A stretch of 51,580 nucleotides of DNA from Lenisia limosa (Eukaryota > Protista > Breviatea). Both the position numbers and the translations under genes were made by a program. The stretch's first letter is position 1. Each line of letters starts with the position of its first letter. Shown here piece by piece: positions 1 to 13,100 of the stretch. The DNA lies in the NCBI GenBank assembly GCA_001655205.1, contig LPNZ01007732.1:1-51580 (forward strand), written 5' to 3'. The notes under the pieces are model-generated. The model did no database searches, had not been told where the DNA came from, and saw nothing but the letters and a program-made list of their open reading frames with translations.

Positions 1-3000
1 CTCCACAGTTGTCGAAAGCTGCACTCTTGGCCAGGTTTGGGGGTTTCCTTTCGTTTTCTGGGGAGGCGATATGTGCTTATCAGTTTGCTTATATGCTATG
101 ATATGATATATGTTTGTTTTACAATGAAAACGCCGAAAAACGAGGGTTTTGTCCTTGCGGCTCTCATTTTAGATCCCATAATTATGACAAAACCCTATCA
201 CGCCTTTAGATTTCCTACACTGAAGCTCGCGGCCATGTATTTTGCAGTGATATTGATGGAACACCTACATGGCTCTCTTTGTTTGATATAACTGAAAAGT
301 GGGTCGGTCTGTACATCATTTTTGACCCATGACTAGGGCCGAATAGTTATTATGTGTATTATGTATTGTACACGATACCAATAGACATTCAGACCAATTT
401 CACCATTAGATTTTGCTCTCCCACCTTCCCCCAGCTTTTGATTTGCATTACTGATGAACTGTTTTCCTGTATCCGTTGATTTGTTAAGATCACCTTCCCA
501 GATCACCTTCCCATCGAAAGTAATGAAATATGGAACAATATCCCTGTTTTTTTTTAAAAAAAAACTATATTTTATTTGTATGTGTAGACCCATTCCCCTC
601 CACCACCCCCGTCCTGTAGTAATCTATCACAGTGTTGAAAGTGCCAAGTATACCTGCCCTGGATCGGAAGAAAGACCAGTTTTTAGATGCGCTGAAGTTC
701 CAAACGAAGTATGTACATGTGTTAATACATATGTTATTCTTATTTTGGGAGAAGCTTGGTATTATTGAAGTTCTACCATATTTAACAAATTGACATTGCT
801 AACTGCTTCTCAAATGCAATTTTAGTGTCAGCGTGGTGCTACCTATTTTGTGAACACAACATCGGCTTCGTCATATATTAAAGGGTGAGCTGACTCCTAA
901 ATTTTCATAAAGCGAAGGGAAGTGGTGACAAGTGGGGCAGGGTGGGGCAGGGTGGGGGTAGATGTTTTATCACACCCGTTTCATCATTTAAGACTTTTGT
1001 TGACTATTTTAGTTGTGATGCGACCCTTGGCATGGAGGAGTAGGCATTATTCTCTCTACCGGAATACTTGTTTGATCTAATATCTGCATTCTTCTATTGA
1101 CTGTATTGCTCAATACTTATCACCCTTCAGTCTAGATATCTCTCTTAGTGGACTGACAACTCCATTACCAACGTTTGTATCTCGGACTGATGGACTGAAG
1201 GTTACTTTCCCTGATTCCAACCCAACAGTAAGCCTCGGGGGTATATTATGTAATCGTGGTGATGTCACTATACGCATCGAAGTACACCACCCGTCGCGTG
1301 TTATTAACTCCGCAGCAAGCGGCAGTGACTGTCACAGCGCCTTTCTCCTTCTCCGCTGTATCCGCATCCGTTACGATCAGTCTTATTCCAGGAGGGGTTG
1401 ACCACCCGGACTTCACATGTGGTATGTATGCGCTGCTTTATAGATGATGAAAGCTGACGTATTGATAAATTATCATTATGTTCCCCCTTACGCTTAGTCC
1501 TTTGTATAACCGTCTGATATGAATGTAATAACAAGTTAACTCGAAGTCTGAATTATTGATTTTTTTTTTTCCAGCGTTTAAAGATTAAGTTTATTTGTTT
1601 TTTGAATAGTACTACAAGTGTATATCTGAACTACCCCTTCCCCCGATCTTACTCCCCCAACCTTTACGCCAATATTCTTCATCGNNNNNNNNNNNNNNNN
1701 NNNNNNNNNNNNNNNNNNNNNNNNNNNNNNNNNNNNNNNNNNNNNNNNNNNNNNNNNNNNNNNNNNNNNNNNNNNNNNNNNNNNNNNNNNNNNNNNNNNN
1801 NNNNNNNNNNNNNNNNNNNNNNNNNNNNTGCGCAACCCCAACGGGGACTTTTGCCTTTGGAATTCCAGGTTGGAGCTGAATGTATGTAGTTGATACACTA
1901 TATATCATATGATATATGATATAATATGATATATGTATATGGTCAAAACCGCGAACATGATTAAAACCGCGAACAAGCCACAAATCGACATAAATCGCTT
2001 CAATAACACCCTTTTTAGTGTGAAATTCGGCAGTTTTGAGCACTAGACTCTCAATAACATCAAAACAAAGCAATTTTGACCAAAAAGAAGAAAAGGAGAA
2101 GATAAAAAAATCGAAAAAAAAAGATCTTTTGATCAGAATCGAACCCGCCAGTTTCCTTTATGCCAAATTTTTTTTTTGAAACCCCCCTCTTTCAGAATAA
2201 TAGCATTTTGAGCATAATAAAGTGCCCCACTATAGAAACGCAGATTTTTAAGGAGAATTCGAATCTGAAGTCCATTTTTGGAGAAAATGTAGGGGTTTTG
2301 AGATATTTGAATAAACTTTTGTAACGGTTTTTTCAAGAATTTTCCTTGTTCAACCTATATAATGGAGTCAATGGACGAAATAAACTCCTGATGAAAGTAT
2401 ACGCTGGATCAGTATCCCATTTAACGTTCTGGAACGGCACAGAAGGTGAGAGTCAAATAAGCTTGTTTTATTAACATCTTCTATCATATTTTCGCCTATT
2501 TTTTTTGTTAAATTTACGCTCATTTTTGCACAATTTGTCTCGTTTTCTCTTTTTATATGCTACAAGGTTGCTCGAGAGTGGTGAAAGTCAAAAGTGTTGA
2601 TGCAAGAACGTCTTTGCTTTATCGCAGGGACGATTTTGGGCCCATAATCCATGTTTTTGATGTATTTTGCATACAATATTGAAGTGGTGTCATGACGANN
2701 NNNNNNNNTGGGTAATAAGGAGCGTATTGGGTCGAAAAATGAAAGAAAAGCCTCCTTTTTTGTTCGCGGTTTTAATCATGTTCGCGGTTTTAAACACCAA
2801 CCTATTATCTACGTGTATATATACTACATGTAATATATGATATGGTATAGCAATGAGCAATAAAAAAATAATATCTGGCCGAGCTGTATACTAATATTAT
2901 ATTATATCATATAATATGATATCACAAATGTGGTCTCTTCTACCTTTGGGCGTTCAGTTAATCTCACATTGTCTTCAGGTGAAAACCTCCTTCCTTTTGA

Positions 3001-3260
3001 AAACATTGGAAACTTCCTTTCTACCACATCTTTGGTTGGGGGGGGGGGTCAAAAGGAAAGAAATGATTGACATTTGTACACAATGGATGATCAACAAAAC
3101 CCTTTTCTTGTTAACAATTTAGTCAACAAAAACATGGGAAGTCAGCAACACCTATTCCACTCCACAAGACAAAATCTATTTTATCTCTGAGCAAATAGGT
3201 GGAGGGGATCTTGAAAAGTTTGATTTGGTACTGGAAATCACTTTCAGCCCAAGTCTTTAG
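1..3260 (+). CDS. Multi-exon hypothetical protein, 5'-partial, Cys/Thr/Ser-rich and beta-strand-like (extracellular-type)
   Basis: Phase-compatible GT-AG exons read STVVESCTLGQ|ISYTEARGHVFCSDIDGTPTWLSLFDITE|VESAKYTCPGSEERPVFRCAEVPNE|CQRGATYFVNTTSASSYIKG|LDISLSGLTTPLPTFVSRTDGLKVTFPDSNPT|QAAVTVTAPF...DHPDFTC. It probably continues into exons at ~2347-2446, ~2567-2660, ~2979-3032 and ~3122-3260. An alternative stop lies at ~1457. No family recognised. Confidence 0.5.
934..958 (+). other. Canonical G-quadruplex-forming motif in an intron
   Basis: GGGGCAGGGTGGGGCAGGGTGGGGG: five G-tracts with 1-2 nt loops, built on a 10-bp tandem unit. Confidence 0.6.
1945..1976 (+). repeat. Left arm of a perfect 32-bp inverted repeat (internal 18-bp period)
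   Basis: aaaaccgcgaacatgattaaaaccgcgaacaa is the exact reverse complement of 2760-2791. Confidence 0.95.
2760..2791 (-). repeat. Right arm of a perfect 32-bp inverted repeat
   Basis: ttgttcgcggttttaatcatgttcgcggtttt is the exact reverse complement of 1945-1976. Confidence 0.95.
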
Positions 3261-3309
3261 TTTTTTTTTTGTTGTTTCTTGTTCTATTAATACATCGCAC
3301 TTCTCCTTC

Positions 3310-6300
3310 TAACATCGATTCTTTACTCTATTGTGAAGGAATTGTTCGTTCCCCCTCCTACAGGAATTAAGATGCAAAAAAAATTCTCCGAAACATGCAT
3401 TTATTCAGAGTTCGAAAGAGAAAGACATAAATAGATCAGAACCTCCAGTTATCTGGTCAATGAAAAGCGTGTGTTGTTGGAGCAGGCTAAACACGTTATT
3501 TCAAGTGATATCTTATTTATATGAGGATGAGGGAGCTTCAGTTTGATCACAAACCTTGCCTATTAGAACCCTACTTACTTCGTTCAACTTGAGGTAAATT
3601 TCAGACAACTGTAACAGAGGCATCAGCTCAACTCTCTAATTGATTATTGCAATTCGTCAGTGAAAGGATTATGACCAAGTAGTACACCAGCAAACATAAG
3701 TGAGAAGAAAACGTGCTCTCTGCCTAATTGTCAAAAATTTAAGAACAACAGAGGTGGCGCGGTCACATTCCTGGGATTCTTCGAACATGTTCCTTCGTAG
3801 CAATTCAACCAGAGATATAGCCTCTTCAGCATTCTATATATAATAAAACAAAGATTAATTTTTATCAATGAAAAAGACGCCTTGAAAAGAAGATCTAGTC
3901 TAACACTAGTTCTCGTTATGAAACGGAGACTCTCTAATTCAATGTTAACACAGATTCCTGGTCCCATTCACCTTAGACTTGAGACCTTCACTGCAGTCTT
4001 GGAAGATTTTGGTCTTTTCCTTATGGATACTCTAGAGATGTGAGGCAAGTCCATGTACTTAATCGACGCTAGCTCATCCATGTGATATCTCAAAAAACAT
4101 GGGTGTACCTCCAAGTATTTAAAGTGCCTGTCCAACTCTGTGCGAATCTCTTTACGTTGTCCATCAGTCAGCTAAATAGTTAGACATGAAAGAGTTGTCG
4201 ACATGAAATGAAAATAATTATCACACTCCTCACCTCGTGACTACCCCCCTAACATTGCAAAACCACCTAACATTGCAAAACCACCTAACATTGCAAAATG
4301 AGAATGCTTATTGTGAGTGCATGTTATAAAGATGAGTCATTATGCCCCTTTGTAACTTTCCATAGCGTGGAATGCCACTGCATAACAATTCACAGCTTAC
4401 ATCAGTAATTGTTAGGAATATGTTGGACACGTTGTATGCCAAAATGCCCCGATGCTGCTCAATCATCTTTTGTAAATGGCTGGCAGTGAAATACTCTGAA
4501 TAGTAAGTAAGTTAAAATCCAGGAATTATTTGGTAAACAGCCAGCCAGGGGGAACAGTGTGTTTCATAAGTCTTGTCAATATCAGACAAACCGCACTGCT
4601 GAAGACGATCAACAACTTGAGGCGTCAATAGGGACTAAAGAGTGGGAAGATGTCACATAATGCTTCAATAGGACAACTCACAAAAATAGTACAGTGTACT
4701 AATGTATTTTATCTTCATACTACAATAAAAAGGGGTGGAACTTGGATTGTCTGTTTGTTTATCATCAAATAGCATGATGTTAAATTAATATGTACAAATA
4801 CAAAACCTTATTATACCTTAAAATGTGACTCTGCTCCCAGTAAAACTCTCAACAAGCTGCTTCTTGAAGATGACATGATCTTTTCAAGCTCCTGAGTGTA
4901 TTAAATAAAGGAAGATAGTCACACTATCAGGTAATGTAGCAGTTCTTGACTCACCTCATCTGGTGCCTTTTGGTCATAGAGATCTTGAAGGGCCCGATAG
5001 CTTTGCGAGCGCTCATAGAGAAACTGTCAATTTAAATGCAGTAGCGCTAATTTTGGGCTATTTGTAATACTTTAGTGGAATCCTGCGTCCCTGTATTGTG
5101 GGTATTTCTTCTCATTTCAAATCAAAAGGTGATAGATACTTCACTATGGCTCAAAGGGATGGAGTGCTTCATGATATAATGTTGAACACTCTTTCCAACC
5201 TTTGCGCTTTCATCCCTGTCGAGGACTGAGGCAGCCTGGAGGCATCGAATGCAGGGAAACACCTTCTCATGCTCCTCAGAATCTATGTTCATTTTAGATT
5301 GTTGTCATATTGAAATTCAAAGTAAATATTGCTACCATCTCAGGGCCTACTTCTGGATGGAGGAGGGAGCAATTTTGGCATGTCCATAAAACGCTCTATC
5401 TCAGCCTACAAAATTTGAAAACGTGAGTTGTGAATCATCTGGCTTTCTGAAATAGCACATACCAACCTTTTGTCTGCCGATTATAACTTTTTGTTCTGAC
5501 ATTTCTTCATTGTGCTCTTTGTGAACTCGCTCTATTGCGCTTATGAGCGCAACTTTCTCTTCAGTCCTGCAGCATTATTATTTATTAGAAAAGTAGCTCA
5601 TCATTAAAAAAAGAACCAAAATATTAACCACGGACTGCTCACAGACTCCATGGCGAAGTCGAACGTCCCTACCTACCTTCTTTCCTTCTCCAAATGTATT
5701 ACAATATTGAGCTTCTCAATATGGGATGACTGCTTTGATGCATGTTGCTTCAACTGGAAAGTATGATAGCTGGAGAAGACAAATACAGGTTATTCCACTA
5801 CTAATACGTGGTGACAGTAAGCGATGGGGGTGAAGACGTATTAATGGTAGCTAAATAACGGACGTGGAACAGCGAAAACAATCACATAGCAAACAATAAT
5901 TAAACACACACTTTTTTGTTCTCTTCTTCGAGCCTCCGAATAGTTTCGCTCACTTCCTCCTGCATCGCTTTCTGTTTCTCTCTTTAGGCATTAAAGTTGT
6001 AACAATAACGGTGGTATACAGCAGCTGGGGTAAGTTTTGTCCCGACAAAAGTATTTCCCTAAGAAAAAAAACAGGTCAAGGCTCCCTCAATCAAATGTAT
6101 CACAATATATGATATATGTTCAAGGAGCAGTAAAAGTGTATAAATAATGATAAGGATAGAAGCTTTGAAGAAAAAAAAACCCCAAGCCAACCGATAAGTC
6201 CTCGACGACTTTGCTGTTGCAGATAGTTTGGCTTTGGGGGTCTTTGCTGGTTTGACAGGCTTTGCTGGAGCTTTTTTGACCGGAAGAAGAGTGGCACCTT

Positions 6301-6795
6301 CGAAAATAAAAACTAAAATCGAAAGGGACATGACAGTAACAATCCACTCTTACCCGAAGTAGCTGAAAAATCAACAAGAGGAAGCGGGGGGCATGGAGGT
6401 ATGGGAGATGGCACATCAGGATGGTACGCCATTTGGGGGTATGTTGAGGGGCAGATGGGGGACAAGTCGTCATGAACCACTCCACAATCGTTGCAGTCAA
6501 AGGAATTCATATCCTAGGTCATGAGAAGAATACCAGCTGAACTGAAACCTTCCCCAAGAGGAACAATGGTGATTATTGAATTCAGAGTAATATGAACACC
6601 CACCCCTACATTTCCCAAGAAAGCACAGACATCCCCTGTTTGCTGGAATGGCTCAAAAGTATCTAAGTCAAAGCTCGGAGACTATAATGTAAAGTTGATC
6701 GGTTCCATTCGAGAGTCCCCTACCTCTTGAAGGGCATTAAAACTTGAAACGTCCGAACCAACATTACCCCAGTAACTGGGAGTAATGTCCTCCAT
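3310..6795 (-). CDS. Multi-exon coiled-coil hypothetical protein
   Basis: Minus-strand GT-AG exons include MEDITPSYWGNVGSDVSSFNALQE, ATLLPVKKAPAKPVKPAK, EKQKAMQEEVSETIRRLEEENKK, TEEKVALISAIERVHKEHNEEMSEQK, FLYERSQSYRALQDLYDQKAPDE, LTDGQRKEIRTELDRHFKYLE|SIHKEKTKIFQDCSEGLKSK and NAEEAISLVELLRRNMFEES. Both ends are approximate and the start could be as far up as 7112. Confidence 0.6.
4247..4298. repeat. 18-bp minisatellite (aacattgcaaaaccacct, ~2.7 copies), intronic
   Basis: Tandem copies read directly from the sequence. Confidence 0.9.
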
Positions 6796-7146
6796 TATGT
6801 ACCTTTGGGTGGTTCTCAATTTCTAAAAAACTGTTTGCTGGGTGAGAATCTTCTCATATACTTTCTATTTCTGAAATATTTTTACAGATTTTGATAGCTC
6901 AATTCTTTTCAATACTTATGCAAGAAAAAGGCCGAAGAAACGTGAAGAAAAGGAAATGGTCTTCTGCGGCTGCCGGATCGCGCCTTTTGTCAGAATTGTC
7001 TCAAACGGACCTTTTGCTATGAACCCTAAAGAATAATTGTTAAAGTAGTTATAGTAAACACACAAATCCCGTGAAAGTTGCCGATTGCGCTTCGCTCCTT
7101 GATCTCCTCCATTGGAATTGAACTCTTCAGCTAACCAGCCTGTACC

Positions 7147-10100
7147 ATGGCGAAAGTCGTGCATTGGCTTCAGCCACAGCCTGCATTATTGGCAAATGAT
7201 AAGGAGCTCTTCTCTAAGGCGCTTGGCATGATCAACTCGGCATCATCCCATGCTGTCCACTCGGGCCTCGCCATCTTCAACTACCTTCTGCAGCACTACC
7301 CACCAAACACATTCCTTGAAATGGGACATATCATCAAGGTTGGTGGTTAATCTCAAATTTTCTTTTGTTTTTTCTGCATATGATGTTGTTGATTGGGTAT
7401 GTGTGTGTTTTTTTTTGTTTTTGGTCTTAATAAATAACGGAACTTCTAACCGTTTTTCTTACCTTGAGTGGATAAGTTGAGTATTTATGATATTTTTTTC
7501 GGTATTCTTGTTTTCTTATCCATATTTAAATGCCAAATTTCCTTTTCTCTTCAACAACAGGTTTACGGGTTTCTATTTACCCCTGCTTTACCAACATATT
7601 AATATTTGTGGATTTCCTTAATTAAAAGAATTGATATTTGAGCTATTTAACTTCACATAAACTTCAAACCCTTATTATCTGGCTCAACTCTTTGTGAAAA
7701 GGTTTACCCCCCCTCTCCAGTCACTCCTGGCGTTAGTCGGAGCCAACCGAGCCACTCGAGCTGGTAATGAGGTGTCAACGTCTGCTGCGTCCTTACTCTC
7801 AGACCTCTTTGTCAAATTGCGGCGAGAGCTTATTGAGGTATGATTGTTGGTGCTGTGCATTATAAGTATGGAAGAAATCTGTTTCTTGTTAAACCAAGTA
7901 CTTATCGATGCGGTGTAATTTGTCAACGATATTGTCTACATTGTTGGCAACACCATCCATCCGCAACTACAGTTAAATTTATCGACTCTGGATCTGACTC
8001 CCAGGTTCGGCAACATGGGGTTCTGAGCTTCGATCTGGACGAGGACAACAGCCAGCCCTTGAACTCACTTTGGTACCCCACGTTCCTTTTGGCAACCCAA
8101 GGCGACAATGCACACGGGGTATGCACCAAATGCTCAATTTCCACATTTTTCAATTTGCGTTTCTTCGTCGGCTACCCGTCTACCCCAAATTAATCTGTTC
8201 CGTCTCCCCCATCTTAATCTGCTCCGTCTCCCCCATCTTAATCTGTCCCGTCTCCCCCATCTTAATCTGTCCCGTCTCCACNNNNNNNNNNNNNNNNNNN
8301 NNNNNNNNNNNNNNNTCTTAATCTGTTCCGTCTCCCCCATCTTAATCTGTTCCGTCTCCCTGTTCCGTCTCCCCCATCTTAATCTGTCCCGTCTCCACCA
8401 TCTTAATCTGTTCCATCTCCACCATCTTAATCTGTTCCGTCTCTCCCATCTTAATCTGTTCCGTCTTCACCATCATTATGTACTTTCCGCACTAATCATC
8501 ACAGGTCTCGGTCATGATGCCACCCCATGAACTAGCCTCGGTCACAGTGGGGAGGGTCCATTTAACTGCTTGAACGTTACCAAATTTAACTTTTTGATGC
8601 TCTCACAGATCCGAGCCACTCTGGGTGCCATATTCAGGCAGCTAAAGGACACCCCAGGTAATGAATAAATACATGTTTTTGATGTTACCAGATGCGCTGT
8701 AAATATCACCCCTTTAGATACGACTAACGCTACTTCTGCGTTTATCGAGTTATCGCCTCTTATTATGGCCGCAATGCCTTTCATTTCACCATCATCGTAG
8801 GATGGGGGATAGGTTACCCGGAAGCTCTCATTTATAACATTCTAATAATGCTGTAATACAAGATATAGCAATAGGTGTAGTATTTTAGTATCGATATTAT
8901 AAAACATAGTTATGTAATTATGCAGGTATTTTTTACCATACACCGCATTTTATGTTTCAGAAAGCTGAGTGGAACCGAGTCCGAGGTTTTAACAAAGAAT
9001 ATGTCCGAGGTGGTCCTCGCAATTGTGCAGGTGGGAACTTAACGGCGTTGGGTTCTCTATATTCATCACAAATGTTTACCAAAGACAGGTTTTTAAAATT
9101 ATAAGAGTGTGTTGCAAAAAGTTATGTGACATTTTCCTCTTTTTCTTACTCTCAAGATATTCCATCAGTTGAACCCCTCCCTCAAATCCCTCTGTGCGCA
9201 ACTCCTCCACAAAACGATCCATGCTATCCCCACTGAGGTCAGTCAGTGTCTTTTGCGTCTTTCTTTTTCATAACGAATACACGAAGTATTGGTGATGATG
9301 TCTTTGGTTGTACTGTTTTTATTTTTGTTCTGTATTTTCAACGCAAAATACTCACATCCACTTAGATTCGGTCAAATTGCATCAAGCCCGAAGCCTTGAG
9401 CGTCATATCTGCACTTTCCCTTGAGACATCTTGGATGGACAGCTCAAACCACACCCTTTTTACTGATATACTTGAGACACTCTCAACAGATCACCAATCA
9501 GTAAGCTCTTTTCTCTTCCTCATTTATAAATAATTCAGACACAAATATGCAATTCTCATTATTTATCATAACACATTTCCCCGCCATGACGATTTAGATT
9601 GTGAGTCGCGTCCGCACATTAGAAGGCGTGAGTATGACACGCACATCTCGTCTTGGCACCATGCTGAATTCGGAAATCAATATCCAAGTTTGCCTGTAAT
9701 AACAATGATCTTATAAGGCGACTCGTCAGCTCGCATTTCAAAAAAAACATGCCATTTTGACCCAACCAGTGTTTCAGCCAATTTTGTACTACTACCTCAT
9801 AGAAACAGTGTCACCCGTTTCACTTTTCCCCCTCTAGTCATGTGCGTTTGAGGTTGCCGAAGGCCTCATTCCGATCGCTGAAAGTCTGATAGTGTTTCCC
9901 GACCAGCTTTGCACAAGGATTGTTTTTGAGCTTTGGTTGAAAGTGGGAAGGAGGGGTGTTACTTTTTACAAAGATTATGCTAAATGGGAGGGGGGTAACT
10001 AACGCAAAGGCTGCAAAAACTACTTCATTCGTATCCTAATTGGCTTCATTTTTCTCTCTTAATTGGTGCGTTCCACCCATCTGAATAATGTTTTCCAGCA

Positions 10101-13100
10101 GGGAATGTTCAGTTTTCCTCACTCGTATAGCTGCTTGGACTTTGGAGTGATAGCGACTTCGCTTCAGTGTCTTCAGTTCCCATTCTCTCCAACCTTGCAT
10201 CCCTGCTGTTCATGGGCCAGGATCGCCAATCGCTTCTTCAGACTTTGGTTGTTATGCTTGATGGTCGCCTTACGGAAAGGTTTGTTGCGGCCTTTTTTGA
10301 AAATGTGAGGAGACGATTGACCTTTACTGAATTTTTCATGAAAGGACGCATGAGAACAATCAAGTTGATTGGGCAATTTTCAAGCATTCCCCTTTATGGG
10401 CGTATCTATACAGTTTAATTAAAATCTGCTGTTTACCTCCATCCCCAGTGCCCCAGCCATTGCCTCACAAACGCTGCTCGACCCCAACGGCTGGTGGGCT
10501 GCAGAGGAATCGGTGGCCTTCTCAAATTCTGAGGTAAACAAGGGGGAGGGAGCATAGCCGGTGTCAACTGAAAACTGGACAATCCCCACCAAATGCCAAT
10601 CCTTCTTTAGATGCAATCTTTGGTTTTGTCTGTATACTGTGACCTCTGGATTAACTGTAAACTAGATGAACCAGTTTATGGCACAAAGGCTGAGCACTCT
10701 GATCCCGCTTTTGTACATTCTTTTCTCTCTCTCACTGTCTACAGTCCCTCAGGTATAGATGGGTCTCAAGTTGCTATTTAAATGACAATTCTATATTGAT
10801 GCCAAAAATAGTTTACCAAAATCCATTTCTTTTATGATTGACAGGTTGGCTTGCGAAGCATCGCCATTCTCAGCACTGTTCTACCCCATGTTTCCGTTGA
10901 AGACTTGCAGAAGTTCAAGGTCGAAATCCAGGTGAGATATACGTAACTTTATTTTGTTAAGTATCTTACCCCTCTTTTTGAAAAAAAAGTATGATACTTG
11001 GTTGTTCTGATGATATAGCAACTGCTAAACAGTGCGCCGCAGGACCCCCGTGTGCCATATACCAAGGTTCTGGCCGACCTCTTCGAACACATCCGGCATG
11101 CTGAGGTTGAGGTCAACAGCGAACCAGACTTCGCATTGAGTGCGTTTGCTGACGCATGTCTCATTGGTACGTATGGCGCTGGCGTGATTGTTGTGACACT
11201 GGTGATTGCTAGACCTTTTCAGACTGATATACGAAGACCAACAGAATTTTTCTACTCTCTACTTTTGTTAACAGTGTAGATGCGCTTCCCCATGCAGTAG
11301 ACTGCTCTGAACACCTTGTCATTTCTCTCCAGAATGCCATCTCCCCTGAACAGGTGCGTGGTGTGCAACAACTACATACAGAACGTGGAAGGCTTGCTTT
11401 CGTTGCATCTGCCCAAAGGCGGGCAATTTTACCCATTCTACTATGACGAACATTGATATCAGTAAATGACATGGTCAAGAACTAGATATGAATATATTGA
11501 TAAAATACTACAAGAGTAATCGACATTTAGGTTATCGTTGCTTGTCGACAGATCAAGAGTTTCCCCGCATTCCACCTTCTTTCTGACAGTACCATCCTGA
11601 CCGAAGCTCTTGCCAGGTATGACTTTTATCATTTGGAATAGAAACATGAATATGGATGTTGCTACTATGAATGGGGTCCTCAAGGCTCTCTCAAAAGTGT
11701 AAGTTTACAAAAGCTAGGGACTCTTTTGTTAATATTTTTCTTTACTATTTTCAATGACTCACGCATTTCAGGTTCCTCAGGGTGGAGCCAAGAACACAGA
11801 AGGATGTTGAAGTACATATGGCAGTTCTTGACTTGGCTGCCTTTCTCTACAGTGTGTAAGGATTTTCCATAGCGATCATATGTCGTGGAAGCTGTACCAA
11901 ACTTGAATGTCTTTCTTTCTGGTTTCCTAACCATCTACACCATAACATTTACACACATCAGCATACTACTGCACTTATTGTCAACCAGTCTCACTTTCGT
12001 TACTTATTCTACATTTATTTCGGTTTATTAGTACTTACATTAATACAGACCACCCCAATTCAACCAATTGCACACTGCCAAGCTTTTTGGCCGTCATTGT
12101 TCCCCATCTCCTCAAAGCAGCTTACAATGAGCTTCAAGGCACAGCTGATAGGTATGATTTCTCATTAGTATGTTTGTCTCAACAGAACATACTTGACAAT
12201 TATCAGGATGCAACTAAACACGATTTCACCACCTTTCCACAGAATGATCATCGATAGCATTCCCCTCTCCGGCTCGGCTCAGTCCGCTTTCAGATACCCT
12301 CCACTCGAAAACCGTCACGCTCTTTCCATCATCTCTAACTCACTGGCCATCCTATCCTTGTCGCCATGGAGGGATCTCATTATCCTCACGGACATCTCCA
12401 TCCACGCTCTCAATCTGCTGCCGTCAAGCCAGCCCGTTGTGTCTCTAATCATCTCGAGCTGTCTTGAAATGTCCTGTAAACTTCTCGACGCTGAGTCCAA
12501 TGGGCCTTTTGCGGTGTCTGTTGTCGACTTCTGTACGGGCGTTTTGGCCTGCTTGGGCTTGCCGAACTCAATGATGATTGACCAAGTCTTCAAAACTATC
12601 CAAATTGCCGCAAGCCACGCTTCTGGCCATCAGTCCCATGCTGTGTTCCAACATGTCATAGCAGCCTGCCGCGAATCTATGGCAACTCTCCGGGTGACAC
12701 ATGGTCTATCGTGCCTCTCGTCATGGGCTTCCACCTTGGGTCTGAGCGACATTGATGGTGACAATGCCTGGATGTGGGTTGTTGAACAGACGCAGCCCCA
12801 TGAAATGAGTTCAATGCGGCCATTTTCCATCCGTGAATCCGCCCTTCAGCTTCTGACTACAGCATTCAATGACCTGCCTGCCTTCATTAAGAGACACTTC
12901 ACATCGGAAATCATCCTAGACTACCTCAATGACCCGTATGCCACCCAAGGCTTCCTTCTTTGTAGCTTGAAGCTTGCTGAGGTTCTACAGAGCCACTCAG
13001 AAGACTTCTCGCTTTCTCTAGGTAAGCGAGATTACACGCACTTTCACAATCACTGTCATAAAATCGTATTTACTTTTTTTGAGCGTAATTTTTGCTCTTA

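Noticed and set aside
400-520. In-frame TGA interrupting otherwise open stretches, suggesting stop-codon reassignment
   Set aside because: Every such case resolves with ordinary GT-AG splicing, and reconstructed genes end in TAA, TAG or TGA, so the standard code is sufficient.
333-593. Minus-strand ORF DIVPYFITFDGKVIWEGDLNK... with possible AG/GT borders
   Set aside because: It lies inside an intron of plus-strand gene 1, has no phase-compatible partner exons, and partly derives from a 13-bp tandem repeat (agatcaccttccc, two copies).
8070-8530. Repetitive ORFs (ICSVSPIL, RLPHLNL, WGRRDRLR)
   Set aside because: These are translations of the 24-bp intronic minisatellite in several frames, not proteins.
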